From contig NW_024704743.1 of NCBI RefSeq assembly GCF_018977255.1, forward strand, positions 100,380,001 to 100,444,000: a DNA stretch of 64,000 bases, read 5' to 3'. Origin of the DNA: Callorhinchus milii. Lineage: Eukaryota. The position numbers and the translations under genes are program-made. The notes under the pieces are model-generated. The model saw only the letters and a program-made list of their open reading frames with translations. It searched no databases and was not told the DNA's origin. Below, piece by piece: positions 62,563-64,000 of the stretch (the stretch's first letter is position 1; each line of letters starts with the position of its first letter).

Positions 62563-64000
62563 AACAACAACAACAAAATTACCTTTGTAGAGCACCTTTC
62601 ACGTCGGGAGGATGTCTCAAGGCGCTGAACAGTCAGGGATCAGGACCTGTGCGTGGGGGGCAGGGATGGGATGAGGGAGGGGAGAGGTAGGAGGGCGACC
62701 AAAGACATGGTTGAAAAGGAGGGTCTCGAGTCGTGCCTTGAGGAAGGCAAGGGAGGGAGCAAGATGAAGGGACTGCGGATGGAGTTCCAAAGGACAGAGA
62801 GGCTGAGAACCCGGCCGGTGATGGTAGGGTGGGATGGGCGGGAGCAGGCCAGAGCCTGCTGAATGGATGGAGCGGACAGGTTGGTAGGGTGTCAGTTGGT
62901 CAGAGAGGTAGGTGGGTCAAGGCCGTGGAGGGCCTTGAAAGTGAGGATTATTTTGAATGCTATCTTCTGAGGGATGGGGAGCCAGTGGAGCTGGGCAAGG
63001 ATGGGGTGATGGGGTCACGGATGCTGGTGCGGGAGAGGACATGAGCTGCAAAGTTCTGGATGATCTGCAGCTGGTGGAGGGAAGAGTTGGGGAGGCCGTC
63101 AAGAAGGGAGTTTCTGTAGTCGAGACTTGAGGTGACGAATGCATGTATGTGGGTTTCAGCAGCCTGAGGGGTGAGACAGTAGCGGAGTCAGGCAACGTTA
63201 CAGAGGTGGGGGAAGGCAGAGTGGGTCATGGCATGGATATGGGTGAGAAAGGACAGTTGAGGATCAAACAAAGCACTCCGGTTCCTGTCTGGCTTGGTGA
63301 GATAGAGTGTACATCTGTGAATGCTGATGCTGCCAGTGTCTGAGGTGTGGAGGCACTGGCGCAAGCCAATCAGGAGGGCCTTGGTCCTGCTGACATTCAG
63401 CTGTAGAAAGTTGGCTCTCATCCAGGACTTGATGTCCAACAGACATCAAGAGTGGTGGAGAGGGAGTTGTGGAGGAGAGTGAGAGAGAAGGATAAATCAG
63501 TGCGGGTGGTAGGCCAGAGTGGGAAGAGTACAGCTGACTCCAGGGCAGCAGAGAGGGATTGTGGGGAGATTTTTTTTCAGGGGCGGTAGGAGATGGAGGT
63601 GGGTTTGGTGGCAGTGGGGAGAGGAATTGAAGAGTTAAAAGAGTTGAAATGGTGATCAGAGATGCTTTGTCTGTGATTTTGATATCCGAGACACTGAGGC
63701 CCCGGGTAATTACCAGGTCGAGTGGGCGGCCATGAATGTGGGTGTCAGAGTGGATGTGGAGTGAGAGGTTGTGAGAGGAGAGAACTCTGAAGAAATGGAA
63801 CAGGAGGCGCTGAAGTGAAGTTTGAAGTTGCCGAGGATGAGGAGGCATTCAGAACAGAGGCAGAGGGAAGCTAGGAGGGTGGAGAAGTCAAAGATGGAGG
63901 TGGGGAAGGTTTGGGGGTTGGTAAATGAGGAGAATTTTGAGGGAGAGATCGTAGAGGTAGTAAGGTAGTTGAATAAGCGGAATGAGCCAGAGGAATAAGG
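62563..64000 (-). mobile_element. L2 LINE with APE endonuclease C-terminus and an internal deletion of most of RT; continues beyond the window
   Basis: THIHGRPLDLVITRGL (APE-type) joined at about 63440 to DIKSWMRANFLQLN; L2 tail at 62563-62630. Confidence 0.92.

Overview
This window is eukaryotic, repeat-rich and apparently intergenic or intronic. The retroposon content points to a cartilaginous fish, probably a holocephalan such as elephant shark or a chimaera; this is inferred from repeat families only. I can support no host protein-coding gene, rRNA, genuine tRNA gene or CRISPR array. Most ORFs in the supplied track are transposon fragments, their antisense shadows, or chance frames. Recognisable content: (1) L2-clade LINEs, the longest a 5'-truncated, frameshifted 2.4 kb copy with RT at 53250-55638, plus an internally deleted copy at 62563-64000; (2) CR1-clade fragments (16259-17199, 48330-49632, 56517-56954 and several tails); (3) a Penelope-like GIY-YIG remnant (about 8045-8670); (4) dozens of tRNA-derived SINEs with a Deu-domain-like core and an L2-type 3' stem-loop, in at least three architectures and several nested insertions with TSDs; (5) AmnSINE2-like relics; (6) palindromic MITE-like elements. 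The best-supported system is a SINE/L2 partnership. The two share a 3' stem-loop with compensatory base changes, and one SINE subfamily carries the same loop as the youngest L2 copies. An unexplained unique stretch at 46.5-47.9 kb holds a 131-codon ORF, a near-perfect 34-bp palindrome and an enhancer-like motif cluster. Family names come from recalled consensus features, not database searches, and boundaries of degraded copies are approximate.
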